Assembly (NCBI RefSeq): GCF_022045235.1
Contig: NW_027266341.1
Span: 56,234,001-56,298,000, forward strand
DNA: 64,000 bases
Reading direction: 5' to 3'
Source: Haliotis cracherodii
Lineage: Eukaryota
In this document: one piece after another, positions 41,058-53,150 of the stretch
Layout: every line of letters starts with the position of its first letter
Position numbering within the stretch: position 1 is the stretch's first letter
Program-made: the position numbers and the translations under genes
The notes under the pieces: generated by a model
The model's database searches: none
Told to the model about the DNA's origin: nothing
What the model saw: the letters and a program-made list of their open reading frames with translations, nothing else

Positions 41058-41517
41058 GTATGTGGTTGTGCGTACGCGTGTGCGTGTGTGTGTGCGTGTG
41101 TGTGCGTGAGTTGAAATGGATGTGGGTGTGGGTATTGGTTGAGATTGGGTGTGGGTGTAGGTGTGGGTTGAGATTGCGTGTGGGTGTGGGTGTGGGTGTG
41201 GGTGTGGGTGTGGGTGTGGGTGTGGGTGTGGGTGTGAGTTTGGGTGTGGGTGCTGGTTTAGATTTGGTGTTGGTTTTGGTGAGGGTGGGTTGAGATTGGA
41301 TGTGGGTGTGGGTGTGGGTGTGGGTGTGGGTGTGGGTGCGTGTTGAGATTGGATGTGTGTGTAGGTGTGTGTTGAGATTGGGTGTGGGTGTTCGTGTGGG
41401 TGTGTGTAGGTGTGTGTTGAGATTGGGTGTGAGTGTTGGTGTGCTTGTTGGTGTGGGTTGAGATTCGATGTGGGTGTGGGTGTGGGTGTGGGTGTGGGTG
41501 TGGGTGTGGGTGTGTGT
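41058..41517. repeat. G-rich satellite: (GGGTGT)n runs punctuated by GTTGAGATT
   Basis: Directly visible. Confidence 0.95.
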
Positions 41518-41890
41518 AAAAGTGGCACGTCCGTATAACAGTAAATATGAGGAAGGAAATACGAAACACAATATGTTATTATTTAAACCAAAATTAATCT
41601 TATTTTTTCGAAATAAGCACCGTGTCACTCGAGCAAGCTTTTTCTCCGATTTGATTTTTTTCAGTTCTTTAAAGATGCTGTTGAAACGTTCTCTGTAGAA
41701 CCAATTGTATATATTGTACAAGCAGAGAATTGATTTTGGAACGGGTTGTGTTGCCTTTTTACCAATTATGTTTCATAGATCAATTATGAATACAATTGCC
41801 AGATAAAATCCCTTTGACGCCAACACTATAAAATTACAATCACAAGTTTAATACTAGTTACGTGGAACATAACGCGCTGCGTCGGTAACA

Positions 41891-41920
41891 ATCACGTGAC
41901 CATGTTGAAGGCGTATATAT
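41891..41920 (+). promoter_or_regulatory. Gene 7 promoter: TCACGTGACC E-box plus TATATA
   Basis: CACGTG at 41893-41898; TATATA at 41914-41919. Confidence 0.7.
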
Positions 41921-41980
41921 GTTGGCGTACACGGGGGAAAGAGGTATCAGTCTTCTGTTGTCGCCCCTACTCGCCCAGTC

Positions 41981-43588
41981 ATGAAGGTAAGCAGCCATTG
42001 TCCACGTTAGCCTCATCCTAGTGAGCATCACAGAGACATTAACTGTGAATGGACATTGTGAAATGAATGGGTGTGTGCTGCGAGTCGAACTTTTCTCTGC
42101 CATTGAATACTTTTCTTGAGAAGTACATTTTTCTCTCGGCCCAAATTTAAAAAAAAAAGAGAGAGAGACTTTTACGTACATTTACGTTTATATGATTTAC
42201 TTCGTTATAACAGAAGCTTGTTTTTTATGTGTATCCGGTACACATACACATCACAACACAGGTATTTTAATTAACTAGATTGTTCGTTTTAGGTTTGTTT
42301 GTTTATGATGTCTTGGCTGTATGTTCGTGCAGTATGTGTATGGTGGTATGTAGTCAGGTTGAATATATCATATAGAATGGAAAAGCTGTAACGCAGGCTA
42401 TTAAAAACGACTTCTTCATATCTTTAATGTTCATGAAGAAATTATTCTTTTTTATATATTCTTCCAGTTTACTAAAAGTAATTTTGTTTATTAATGAACA
42501 ATCCACGAGTTGCAACAGTCATAAAGACAAACAAAGACACCAAAAACAAAGCTAGAAATATATAAATGTTTTCTTTTTTTGCTTCTCTGTACGTACAATT
42601 ACAGTAAACAAAATTTATTTAAATGTCGTCGTCGCTGTGTTGTCCGTGCTGGTCTAGATACGCTCTTTCCTGGCCCAATATGTAAACATATCGCATCAGG
42701 AACTATTTGGAAAATTATGTTTGAACATTAACTTTTTATATTTTTATAACTATTTAATACAAGCTCATACTAAAAAGGAATGCTGATTAAGATGAAATCA
42801 TTTCTTGAAGTTTTAAGAATGTGACACATAAAGTGTAAACATAACTATTCTTAATCTTTAGTTTTGTATAATTTTAGTGTGTCGTCGCTGTGTTGTCCGT
42901 GCTGGTATGCTCTGGCCTGGCCCAGGTACCCCTCCGTGGGAAAGGACTCCTTGGAGTTGGATCTTTCGGTGTTGGCTTCAACAATGGAGGCATTGCTGGT
43001 AAAGGCTATGGCTACAACCCATACAACAGTAACTATGGTTATGGGCACGGAGCTGGTCTTGTCGGACACGGACCTTTTGTCGGCCACGGTGGCTCCTTCG
43101 CAGGACATGGTCCTTCTATTGCTGGTCACGGTGTTGCAGGACACGGTATTGCTGGTACAGGACATGGCTACGGCTACGGTTACAACCCTTACAACAACTA
43201 TGGATACGGGAAAGGCGTTGGCAATGTCGCCGGACATGGAGTTGGCCTTGTAGGACACGGAGCTTTCTCAGGGGTTGGTTCCTTTGTAGGAAACGGTCCT
43301 TTTGTTGCTGGACACGGCGTTGCTGGTAAGGGACACGGTTACGGCTACAACCCCTACAACAACTACGGTTACGGCAAGGTATTGGGTGCACCTGGTAACT
43401 TCGTCAGCGGTCATGGATCTGGTCTTGTAGGACATGGACCTTTCGTCGGTCACGTTGGTTCCTTTGCCGGACATGGTGTTGCTGGACATGGTCCTTTCGT
43501 GGGGAATGGAATAAACGGAAATCGTGGTTTCATTGCTGGACATGGACCTTTCGTCGGACATGGAGTTGCTGGCCACGGCGTTTATTAA
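41981..43588 (+). CDS. Gene 7: near-identical paralogue of gene 6, ~238 aa; join(41981..41986,42878..43588)
   Basis: ATGAAG|gtaagc. The ttttag| acceptor at 42877 is in frame. 8 aa differences from gene 6. AATAAA at 43710. Confidence 0.92.
42625..42677 (+). pseudogene. Relic start of a gene-9/10-type second exon inside the gene 7 intron
   Basis: 31 nt identical to 58842-58872 (gtcgtcgtcgctgtgttgtccgtgctggtct). Preceded by aaat instead of AG, and the frame closes at TAG. Confidence 0.8.
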
Positions 43589-43769
43589 CATGCTTTTATT
43601 GCACAAGGTGTTGCTATGCCGCTACTTTTGTAAATTAGATAGAGTCGTATGCTTGTGGTGACTGGTGTATGAATGTGTTTTATACTGTGTTCATCAGTTT
43701 ATGAGTTCGAATAAACACCATAAGTAACAACAGTTTATTGTTATTGTTCAGTATTACTGGGGTCATTAC

Positions 43770-44026
43770 ACAGCGCCGCGATTTGCTGTGCAGAGTTGCA
43801 TCCCTTTGGCATGCAAGAAACCTATGATTCTGGGTTCGAATCCTGGTTCGCCCCTGTTATGTTTCTAGGTTTGTCAGCACCATAGCCGAACTCGTGGGTT
43901 TCACCGAAGTGGTAAACGTCCGAGACCTGCATCACTTCGGGCTTACCTCCCACATTTAGCTGACACGCCATGATATAACTGGAATAATGTTCAAAGCGGT
44001 GTTAAACCCAACTCACTCACTCACTC
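43770..44026 (+). mobile_element. SINE family B, near full length
   Basis: B box ggttcgaatcc, central gggtttcaccgaagtggtaaacgtc, 3' tgttcaaagcggtgttaaaccc, (tcac)n tail. Confidence 0.88.
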
Positions 44027-44619
44027 TGTATTACTGTAAATGATCACTGAACAGTTGATACCATTTAACCAGTGTAGACGAGTAACACAGTAACTACAGT
44101 AACAGTAACCAAATCTCTAGAAGACAAGTTTTGTTTATTTTAGCGACGATACCCATGGCCATTAAAACATCACACTTTGAAACAGTAAAAGAAAGATTAT
44201 TTTATTTAACAGCGATGTCCAAGGTCAATATAATAGCAGACGTTATAAAAATAAGAACAATTCAACTCTCCGTCAGACACTTTGATTAGAACTTTATTGT
44301 TTAATGAAATATCCAAGGTTTAAATGTGATTTGCGTTTAGGTGCTTTCTTCCTTACCACCGAAGAAAAGAGGACATTTTGAAAAAATCTTAAAAATGTTT
44401 GTCTGTCGCTATCCACTTTACTTAAAATGCCGTTATTCACTTTGAAATCTTACCATTGAAGTTATAATGTAAAACAATTAAACGCCCAAGAGCATTTTGG
44501 CGGTGCATATTGGCGGACGTCTCGTATGCGTTGATACATCTTATCATTTTGATATTGATTACTCCAACATTTATTCCTATCACCGCCACTACCATCAACA
44601 TCAACATCACCATCACCTT

Positions 44620-44747
44620 NNNNNNNNNNNNNNNNNNNNNNNNNNNNNNNNNNNNNNNNNNNNNNNNNNNNNNNNNNNNNNNNNNNNNNNNNNNNNNNNN
44701 NNNNNNNNNNNNNNNNNNNNNNNNNNNNNNNNNNNNNNNNNNNNNNN
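44620..44747. other. Assembly gap (128 N), preceded by a (CAT/CAC)n repeat
   Basis: Run of N. Confidence 1.
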
Positions 44748-45309
44748 AAACATAAGAAAACAACTCTCGATTCTATGTCGCTTGCCCTTACACAAATACG
44801 AATGGAAAAGAAAACACTATATTAAATCAGCAACAAATCTTAAACGTGCGAGTATACTTTTTTTCAACTGAACACGATTTGCCTGATATAACACAGTTGG
44901 TTAAAATTGAAATTGACGACATCCTATTAATAATTTAGAAAATCAATATGTCGTGACATCAAGTTTTCTTTTTTGGAAAAGTAACTTTCAAATCCCAAAT
45001 GCGTAGTTGGAAAGGTATGAGGAAATAATGCAAACACTGAGTAAATCTAAGTTATAAAAAGTATTCTGGCGGCCAACATGAAATCTGCAAAAACGTACGT
45101 ATAAGTTGATGTTTATTGTGTGTATGTGTGCGTTCGTCAATGTTTATTCTTATGTGTATGTATGCGTTAATCGGTGTGTGTATGTTTTCGTAACTGCTAT
45201 GTAAGGTGTCGTTCCTTTAAAATGTTATTAACAACATTTTATGTGTCTGTTGGAAGCATAGCAACAACACACAATGGCCAAGACATATTCATTATCATGT
45301 ATATTTTAC

Positions 45310-45475
45310 TGGGGCCCTGGGGTAGCCTAGTGGTTAAAGCGTTCGCTCGTCACGCCGAAGACCCGGGTTCGATTCCCCACATGGGTACAATGTGTGAAGC
45401 CCATTTTAGGGTGTCCCCCGCCGTGATTTTGCTGGAATATTGCTAAAAGCGGCGTAAAATCATACTCACGCACAC
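45310..45475 (+). mobile_element. SINE family A, young-looking copy
   Basis: ggtagcctagtggttaaagcgttcgctcgtcacgccgaagacccgggttcgattccccacatgggtacaatgtgtgaagccc... Confidence 0.92.
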
Positions 45476-45825
45476 AGTACGTTTTACTCTGTATAACCCG
45501 ACATCTGAGTATTTTACTACAAACATTACAATAATGCTAAATTCTATAACACTATATAAGGAAGTACTGTTTTGAAAATGGATTCTGTCAAACCAGTTGT
45601 CATACTTGTCCCAATATTAATGTACATTTGTTTCTAGTATTTCGTAAATATCTACAAAGATGACAACAATGATGTTATGACCAGTGAATGTACTGTAGAC
45701 GGTCAGCTTTCAGATATATGCAAACTCATGAGCCATGAGCTGGACTAAATGTACTACAGTTCATCTGAATCCCAACTTCAATACTTTAAACTATAATATA
45801 TTAAGCAAACTTGACATGTATGTTG

Positions 45826-46035
45826 GGTGAGTGAGTTTGGCTTAATGCCACTTTGAACATAATTTCGGTTTTAACAAGACTTGAAAGTCCGAAGTGATGC
45901 AGGTTTTAGACGTATGTACCTTTGGTAAAAACCTAGACAGAACTAGAAACATAATAATGACCAAAATATTATTCAAACCTATGATCATAGCTTCCTGGCA
46001 AGCTTAAGGGACGCAACTCTGAACACCGAATTGCA
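45826..46035 (-). mobile_element. SINE family B, decayed
   Basis: gaaagtccgaagtgatgcagg...ctagaaac...atcatag...agggacgcaactctg. Confidence 0.7.
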
Positions 46036-46069
46036 GCTGGTATTTTGAACGGTTTTACCTTTCCTGATT

Positions 46070-46500
46070 TTATAAGGTCCAATAGTAATAATTATAACGT
46101 CGAGCGACCTTATTGATCAAAACCAGCAACTCATTGTCCCATAATTGGTCCCTGTCCTGCAACACCACCTCCGTGTCTGATGCCACGTCTAGCATCGTCG
46201 TCTCCAGCAATGCAGGGCCAGCATGTACGATGAAAGGTCTGCGTTCAAAAACACCAACTTGATGGTGGTTAGCAAAGGTACTTGGACCATCGACGTGGCC
46301 TTGGGTAGCAAGACCATGCAGGGGTCCGCCACCAATGAAAGGCCCGTGGCTTGCAGCACCAGCTCCATTTCCAGCAATAATGTATTTGCTGGGTCCTTTA
46401 TAGTAGCCTTCATAGTAGCCTTTATAGATGAAGGTCATTCCAGCAATATCGCTCTGCTAGAAATCAATCCCGGAAGAACCGAGAAGAACCACCAAAACTA
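46070..46500 (-). pseudogene. Gene 8: decayed paralogue of the gene 6/7/9/10 family
   Basis: Minus strand reads VLLGSSGIDF*QSDIAG (cf. LLG..SFGVGFNNGGIAG) and IAGNGAGAASHGPFIG. After a frameshift it reads IAGDDDARRGIRHGGGVAGQGPIMGQ*VAGF, then ..RYNYYY (cf. GPFVGHGVAGS..SPYYYH). No intact signal-peptide exon start. Confidence 0.8.
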
Positions 46501-46714
46501 CCCGACCGCCCCCCACTGTAAGAGCATACTCGTACCGTATATTGAAAATATACTCGTCGTACACCACAAGTATCTACAATTATCGAAATAATACATCATC
46601 GAAACGTAAATTTATTAAATAAGTCAAGCATAAAGACTAGGGCATCTACAATGGTGCATCTTCAATAATCGAAATAATAACAAACACGAAAGACAACAAA
46701 AGGACACAACGGAT

Positions 46715-46889
46715 GGGAGTGAGTGAGTGAGTATGGTTTTACGCCGCTTTTAGCAATATTCCAGCAATATCACTGCTGGGGACACCAGAAATGAGCTTCA
46801 CACATTGTACCCACGTAGGGAATCGAACCCGGGTCTTCGGCGTGACGAGCAAAGTGATTTTTTTAACGTTCTAACCACTAGGCTACCCA
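46715..46889 (-). mobile_element. SINE family A, same insertion as 39058-39235 copied by segmental duplication
   Basis: Same orientation and the same ~200-bp left flank as the gene 6 intron copy. Confidence 0.88.
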
Positions 46890-46945
46890 CAGCATCTAGA
46901 GGCACAAGAGCAACAAAACACAACTTGCAACAAACACATTCTTAT

Positions 46946-46947
<2 letters not shown>

Positions 46948-47021
<74 letters not shown>
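46948..47021. repeat. (AC)n microsatellite
   Basis: Directly visible. Confidence 0.97.
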
Positions 47022-47023
<2 letters not shown>

Positions 47024-47205
47024 GTTGCAAGGTGAACTGCAACTGAACGTGCAATACTCGGGCAAGGAATTCTCTCAAAACAATAAGTAGCATAATGGAC
47101 AGAGAAGCTTGTAAAATCTACACTTGTGGTTTGGTGTTTGTACTGATCTTTTCAAAGCCTACCATAATCTCATTTAAATCTGAAAAGTTATTTGTCAGCA
47201 AAAAC

Positions 47206-47441
47206 GTGAGTGAGTGAGTGAGAGTTGGTGTTTACGTCACTTTGGCACAGTATTGCAGTTATATTACGACGTCTAAGCTTAGTGTAGTAGGAACGCCTGA
47301 AGTGTGGTTTGGTGAAACCCACGACCACGAGTAAGGTGCTGACTAACCTTGAAATATAATCGAAGCGAACCGGGATTCGAACCCACAATCATAGGTGTCT
47401 GGCGCGACCACGGGACGCAACTCTGCACAGCGCATTGCGGC
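47206..47441 (-). mobile_element. SINE family B
   Basis: ggtgaaacccacga...ggattcgaacccacaatcatagg...gggacgcaactctgcacagc; (gagt)n tail. Confidence 0.8.
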
Positions 47442-47914
47442 ACCTTAGAAGATTGGGTCACCTGTGCACCCCATAACAAACACGGAACAGAGATGTAGAG
47501 AAGTACAGATGTCAGCTATTAATAACAAAATGGCATGGCAAATTATTTGGTGTGCGGTGTACATTTATACTGTCATGTTAAAATTGGTGAAATTTGACTA
47601 TAAGAACTGCTACGCTCGTATGTGCTATTTCGGAAGTAGACATTTCAAATAGAGTGAGATTTGTAGGGTACATCAATTCTTCCAGATGTTCCTTCAGAAA
47701 ACAATAATCTGCAGAAATGTGTAGCTTTCCAATGATATGAGGTTTGTCCTTGTAGCTCGATCCCTTCTGCTGACCCTTCCTAAGTCCCGTCCTGCCATGA
47801 GAAGGTTGCCGTCACCACCCCGAGCTATGTCATTAAAACCAATTATTATTCACTAAATGACCTCATAATTGTCACATAGTGTTACAATAACAATAACGCA
47901 AGACAACTACTAGT

Positions 47915-48177
47915 TTGTTCGTTTGTTTGTTGTTTAACACTCAGCAATATTCCAGCTATATGACGGCGGTCTGTAAATAATTGGGTCTGGACCAGACAAT
48001 CCAGTGAATGATGTCATGAGCATCGATCCAATCAATTGGGATCGATGACATGTATCAACCAAGTCAGCGAGCCTGACCACCCGATCCCGTTAGTCGTCTC
48101 TTACGACAAGCATAGTCGCCTTTTACGGCCAGCATGGGTTGCTGAAGAACTTTTCCACCCCGGATCTTCACGGGTCG
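47915..48177 (-). mobile_element. Repeat family D, full length
   Basis: Reverse strand begins gacccgtgaagatccggggtgg and ends atagctggaatattgctgagtgttaaacaacaaacaaac. Confidence 0.88.
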
Positions 48178-50924
48178 GAGCAATGATGAGGGCTGTTCAG
48201 AAAGCATCTCTTTCCTTAGGCGAGGGGTTAAATTGTGAACGCGTTCTCTCGTCACGCCGATTCCCCACATCGTTAGAGTGTGTGAAGCACATTTCGACAA
48301 GTCGGCGGAAGGTACCTTACGCTCATTCAGCCTATATACTGTTCGTCGTACCAAACTCAGTTCTCCCAACTATTCTCTTTATGTTTTCGCCCAGGTTTTG
48401 AGACGAACCCTGTTTGGGTATATTTACAATGGCATACACTTGATGACATGCCTTACCGGTGTTTTGGTTTTAGTAGCAATAATTGACTCACCGCGGAGAA
48501 CCTCGATTCTCTATCCCCAAACATGTAAAGATGCAACGAAAATACATTTATTTTGTAATGGCCTTATTTCATACTGGTTAAGAACCATGTTTTTGAAAAA
48601 TCCTCTTATTTGCGTTTTGTTATAGTACCTTTGAAGAGTAATATTATTTAAATGTTTGGAACACTCAAGTTTTCGTCAAATTGTCCCCTGTAGTTAATAT
48701 TTCCCCGTTTTCTTTATCATTACAGTTAACACCATAAGCAGCACAACCATTTTAACAGTATTTAACTAGAATTCGCACTCGTATCTTGTAAAATCGATTG
48801 TTAAAGTCCGAAAAACATTTTTAAAATAAACTTTCGACTTTTTTAACATTTCATCAGGTGTTCAGGCTCGATGACACTGTTATCATCGTAGCTCAACGTT
48901 TTTCACAATATCAATCACTGGTTTATCTAGATTACTTATAGCTAGAATATGGCTGGGAGTTTGGATTTACACAGCTGGCAGTTAATCAAAACGCTCGTTC
49001 TGGATGTCCATATAACGTCACGTAACACTGCGATTGATGGTGAGGGTATCGATGAAACTAATGGATCTCTCACCTCCTTTACATGCATGAAGCTTGACAC
49101 ACAACGTAGTCAACAGATGGCATATTAATCTTAAGATCGTAAACATAATAAAAGTAGCGAAATGACAAAAACAGCTCAGAATATAATTTAGTTCATGAAA
49201 ATGATTATCACTTAGTATATTTGAAATAACAATATTTATATTTAATGTAATAGTTTAATTTACATTGTTGCGATTCGAGTGCAACATTTAAGCACACCGC
49301 TACGCCGCATTAGCCTCCTGTGAGGATAAATTTAACTCTTTATGATCGACGGTGAATACGATTGCCATAACGATTGCATCCACCTCATCCCCTGTATCCC
49401 TAATCTCTGCAGGTGTCAGGATCGCTTCATTGTATTCATTATTTATGGTAGTCATCATTCTATTGACAAGAACCATGCATAAATGCGTAAACCAGTGACA
49501 GTGGCGATTAATGAGTTAATAGCTGAACCTAAGTAAATCATAAATAAGGTGTTGCATGAAAATCAGTTGTAATCATCACTGGAGCTTTGAACTTATCTGT
49601 GTTATATTCAACATTTAACGCATAAGTATGTAAAAAAAACACAAAATAAACAATTTATGTTCACAAATTTTTGTATCTAAATATATCGATGTAGCAAGAA
49701 AATACGCACATATTTTTCAGTCTGTGATCAGGGTAAATTACTTTTTTATATGATCCTATTCAGTTGTAATCCACGTAATTTATATCAGCGTTAATGTATG
49801 CATTTAAGATACATCTGTATTTGTTTTAAGTAAAATATATGCATTTTTTCATTTTTTTTTCATTTCAGCAAGGGCTGAATAATGTAACTGACAACGTCTT
49901 TAAAGTTTCGTTTCTACTTGAACAAACAAAGACAACACTGTTACAGTTTCTCCCATGGAAAATTAAATGTAAATTCACAACATCACTTTTAGCACCACTG
50001 CATTCATACTTGTGTGTACGGGATTTTTTCTAAATGTGTTATTTCCTTTTCGATTAAACTTTAATGTCATGTGACAGACCTAGGTTCCCTGAAAACGTAT
50101 CTTACATGTGCAGACCATAGATACTGACGTATAAACAAATTCTGACTTTGTGAAAACGTCCATTAAAATCAGAAAAAAATAGCTTGCAATTGGACCTAAT
50201 ACTCTGTTACTTGCATTACATAAATCACTGTACCATGAACAAACAAACAAACAAGTCAGTTAGGTCCCATTCTCCTAATGGGGAAAATGATATCAGTCTT
50301 AATTCAATTAACATTACCGATTACACCAATGCATTCATATTTTGATATTTTATTGATTCATTTGTGACACTTCTTTCTTGCTAAGATCTGTTGTGTGACG
50401 CATCGGATTGACGTTTACTGAAATTCTTGTAGTAGTAAAGTTCTTCTCCAACAGTCCTCAAAGTTACCACAATCGTACATCACATTCGTTTGAACGAATA
50501 TATTCGTTTGAAAAAATCACGACAAATGTCTAAAAATATTTGAAAAATTGATAAAATCGTGCTTGCAAATGTTATCATTTGTAGATAGTCAACGAAAATT
50601 TTTAACTACCGAAGTTGGTAATGGATAAGTGACAATGTTATTTTCCGACAAATATATACATGGTGATCGGTTATGCTGATAATAACTCAAATGCATATCT
50701 ATTTATAATATTGATACATTAAACTTTTTTTACAATCAGATCAATATCTTATCAAGTTAAAAGAAGAACGTTGTTCCATACTCTTATTTCACTTATTTCT
50801 GTATCATCGTGTTCTTGTCAATTTCGATTGATCTATTTAATGGTAATTTACGTAACTCTTCAAACAGCCGTTAAATGATAGAGTCACGTCGTTACACCAA
50901 TAGCGGTCTAGCTGTGTAGGTAAC

Positions 50925-50958
50925 AACCACGTGACCCCGTTGAAAGTAAATATATATG
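50925..50958 (+). promoter_or_regulatory. Gene 9 promoter: CACGTGACC plus TATATA
   Basis: CACGTG at 50928-50933; TATATA at 50951. Confidence 0.7.
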
Positions 50959-51027
50959 TAGAGAACACCATGGTGGTAGTATCAGTCACCTCAAGACTGG
51001 TGTATCATCTAGTCAAGTATGTTCATC

Positions 51028-52224
51028 ATGAAGGTAAGCTACCTATACAACCTTGCCAGCTTCTGGTGGTGAAATGTCAATCTTTGTTTACTTCATTTCT
51101 CAATGAAATGTCACGTCCAACCTTGGCATCCTTTTCATAAACAGATGTATTTTCAATTGTCCCTAGAACATCTTGAAACATTGAACTATGGATATTGCAA
51201 ATCGACTGTGGTTGATGAAGTTACCTAATACGCAAAATGAAAAAGAAAGGTTGTGCTTTATCTGTAATGTACAGGTGAACATTAGCATGGAATGGCACAT
51301 AGTCTTACCAATGAGAAAATAGAGGTGGTGAGCGTTTTCAATAACTAAGTACGTGGCCGATAACTCTTCGATCACTTCTCGACATGAAATTAATAAAATC
51401 CCTATTTATTCTGTATATTTTACTGCATGATTCTCACAAAGAGTATTTTAACAATTTGTCTGCAGAGGAGTTCTTAAATGTTTTCCTTTCTGAATGATGA
51501 TATATGCCCATGTTCGAATGCTTTAATCAAATAAAACCATAAGAACTACAGCCAAGGCAATATTGTCATTCTATCATGAATTCATTCGGACATCGGTGAA
51601 ATAGTTATCCCCGTATTTTTATTTCAAATTTCAAATGAACACGATTTGAAGAAAATTCTTTATTTTCATGACCGTGTTATTCACATGATTTTCTCTTTTC
51701 AGGTCGTCATTACTGTCTTATCCGCGCTGGTCTGCTCTGTCCTGGCCCAGGTGCCTCTCTATGGTAAAGGGCTCACCGGTACTTACGGTGTAGGTTTCAA
51801 CAATGGACGTATTGCTAGCGGAGGCTATGGCTACAACCCATACAACAACTATGGCTATAACGGATACGGTTACGGTAACGGTAAAGGCGTTGGCAACGTT
51901 GTTGGTGTTGCTGGTACAGGCAATGGCTACAACACATACAACAACAACTATGGTTACAACGGCTACGGTAAAGGCGTTGGCAAATTCGTTGCTGGACATG
52001 GAGCTGGTCTTGCAGGACAAGGACCTTTCGTTGGGCACGGTCCTTTCGTTGCTGGACACGGACCTTTCGTTACTGGACAGGGCCTTTACGAACATGCTGG
52101 CACCATTTCTGGGCATGGACCCTTCGTTGTCGGACACGGTGTTTATGGACATGGTGGACCCTTTGTTGGTCATGGAGTTGCTGGGTCATTCGTCGGCAAA
52201 GCAAGTCCCTATTACTACCATTAG
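51028..52224 (+). CDS. Gene 9: secreted Gly/Tyr/Asn/His-rich protein, ~175 aa; join(51028..51033,51703..52224)
   Basis: ATGAAG|gtaagc. The ttttcag| acceptor at 51702 is in frame and gives MKVVITVLSALVCSVLA-QVPL; the protein ends KASPYYYH. AATAAA at 52297. Confidence 0.92.
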
Positions 52225-52987
52225 AGACCTATGCGTGTCGTGCCTTATGTTTGAATGTTTTATACTGTATTGCTATGTTCTTTACATAATGAAATGAATA
52301 AAGTGAATTGAACATACCCATATTTTTTTATTATTATGACCGCTGTATTCCACGGTGTACTGATTCTGTAAACAGATGTGTATGTACGGAGTTTGACCTA
52401 CACGTTAATTATATTCCACTCACATTTCGATTCGAAGGAACGTTCAGATTGAAGGTTACCAAAACAATGTTGAACTCACGTGTTTATTGGCTGACATTTC
52501 TTTTTAAATATATTCATATAAAGAGTCATGTATTTTCTACTAATAATCCTAATAGGTAATACTATGTTGTCATTTATCACAACACATATTTATTCCTTAA
52601 TCTACATGTACACATACCTATATCCAATTTCTAGTAAATACAGACTGAGTAATTAATTGATTTGATAATGCTTAATATATATCATATCAAAAAACTATTT
52701 TTTACGCTACTGTCATAAGATGACAGATTTTTGGAGAAAGGTTTCTTTTGAGAAAAATGCAACGGTCATCATCTGAAAATCATATCGGACACATGTTTTA
52801 ATTTGGATAGCCAAACTGTTACTGAAGAGAGTTGATGACTGTATCGTGATCTCCCAGTCTAATAATAGCATGCACAGACTATAGGCACATAACAGCCCTA
52901 CATGCAGTATCAAAGTTCATAGTGTCATATAAACATAAACCAGTCATACCAAACATGTACGCACCATATACATTTTTCTAAATCCAT

Positions 52988-53150
52988 GTAGCCTAGCGGT
53001 TAATGCGTTTACTCTCAAGCAGAAGGAAAGACGTATGATGCCCTTTAGGGCACAATGTATGAATCTCTTTTCTAGGGTTCCCTTCCGTGATGTTGCATGT
53101 TTATTGCTAAAAGTTCCGTAAACACATACTCACGCACTCATCCACTCACA
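52988..53150 (+). mobile_element. SINE family A, decayed (shared with 59860-60028)
   Basis: gtagcctagcggttaatgcg...acaatgt...attgctaaaag...catactcacgcactc. Confidence 0.6.

Noticed and set aside
45310-45385. tRNA-like sequences with A/B boxes (also 9785, 22823 and others)
   Set aside because: They continue into shared SINE bodies with simple-repeat tails and TSDs, so they are SINE heads, not tRNA genes.
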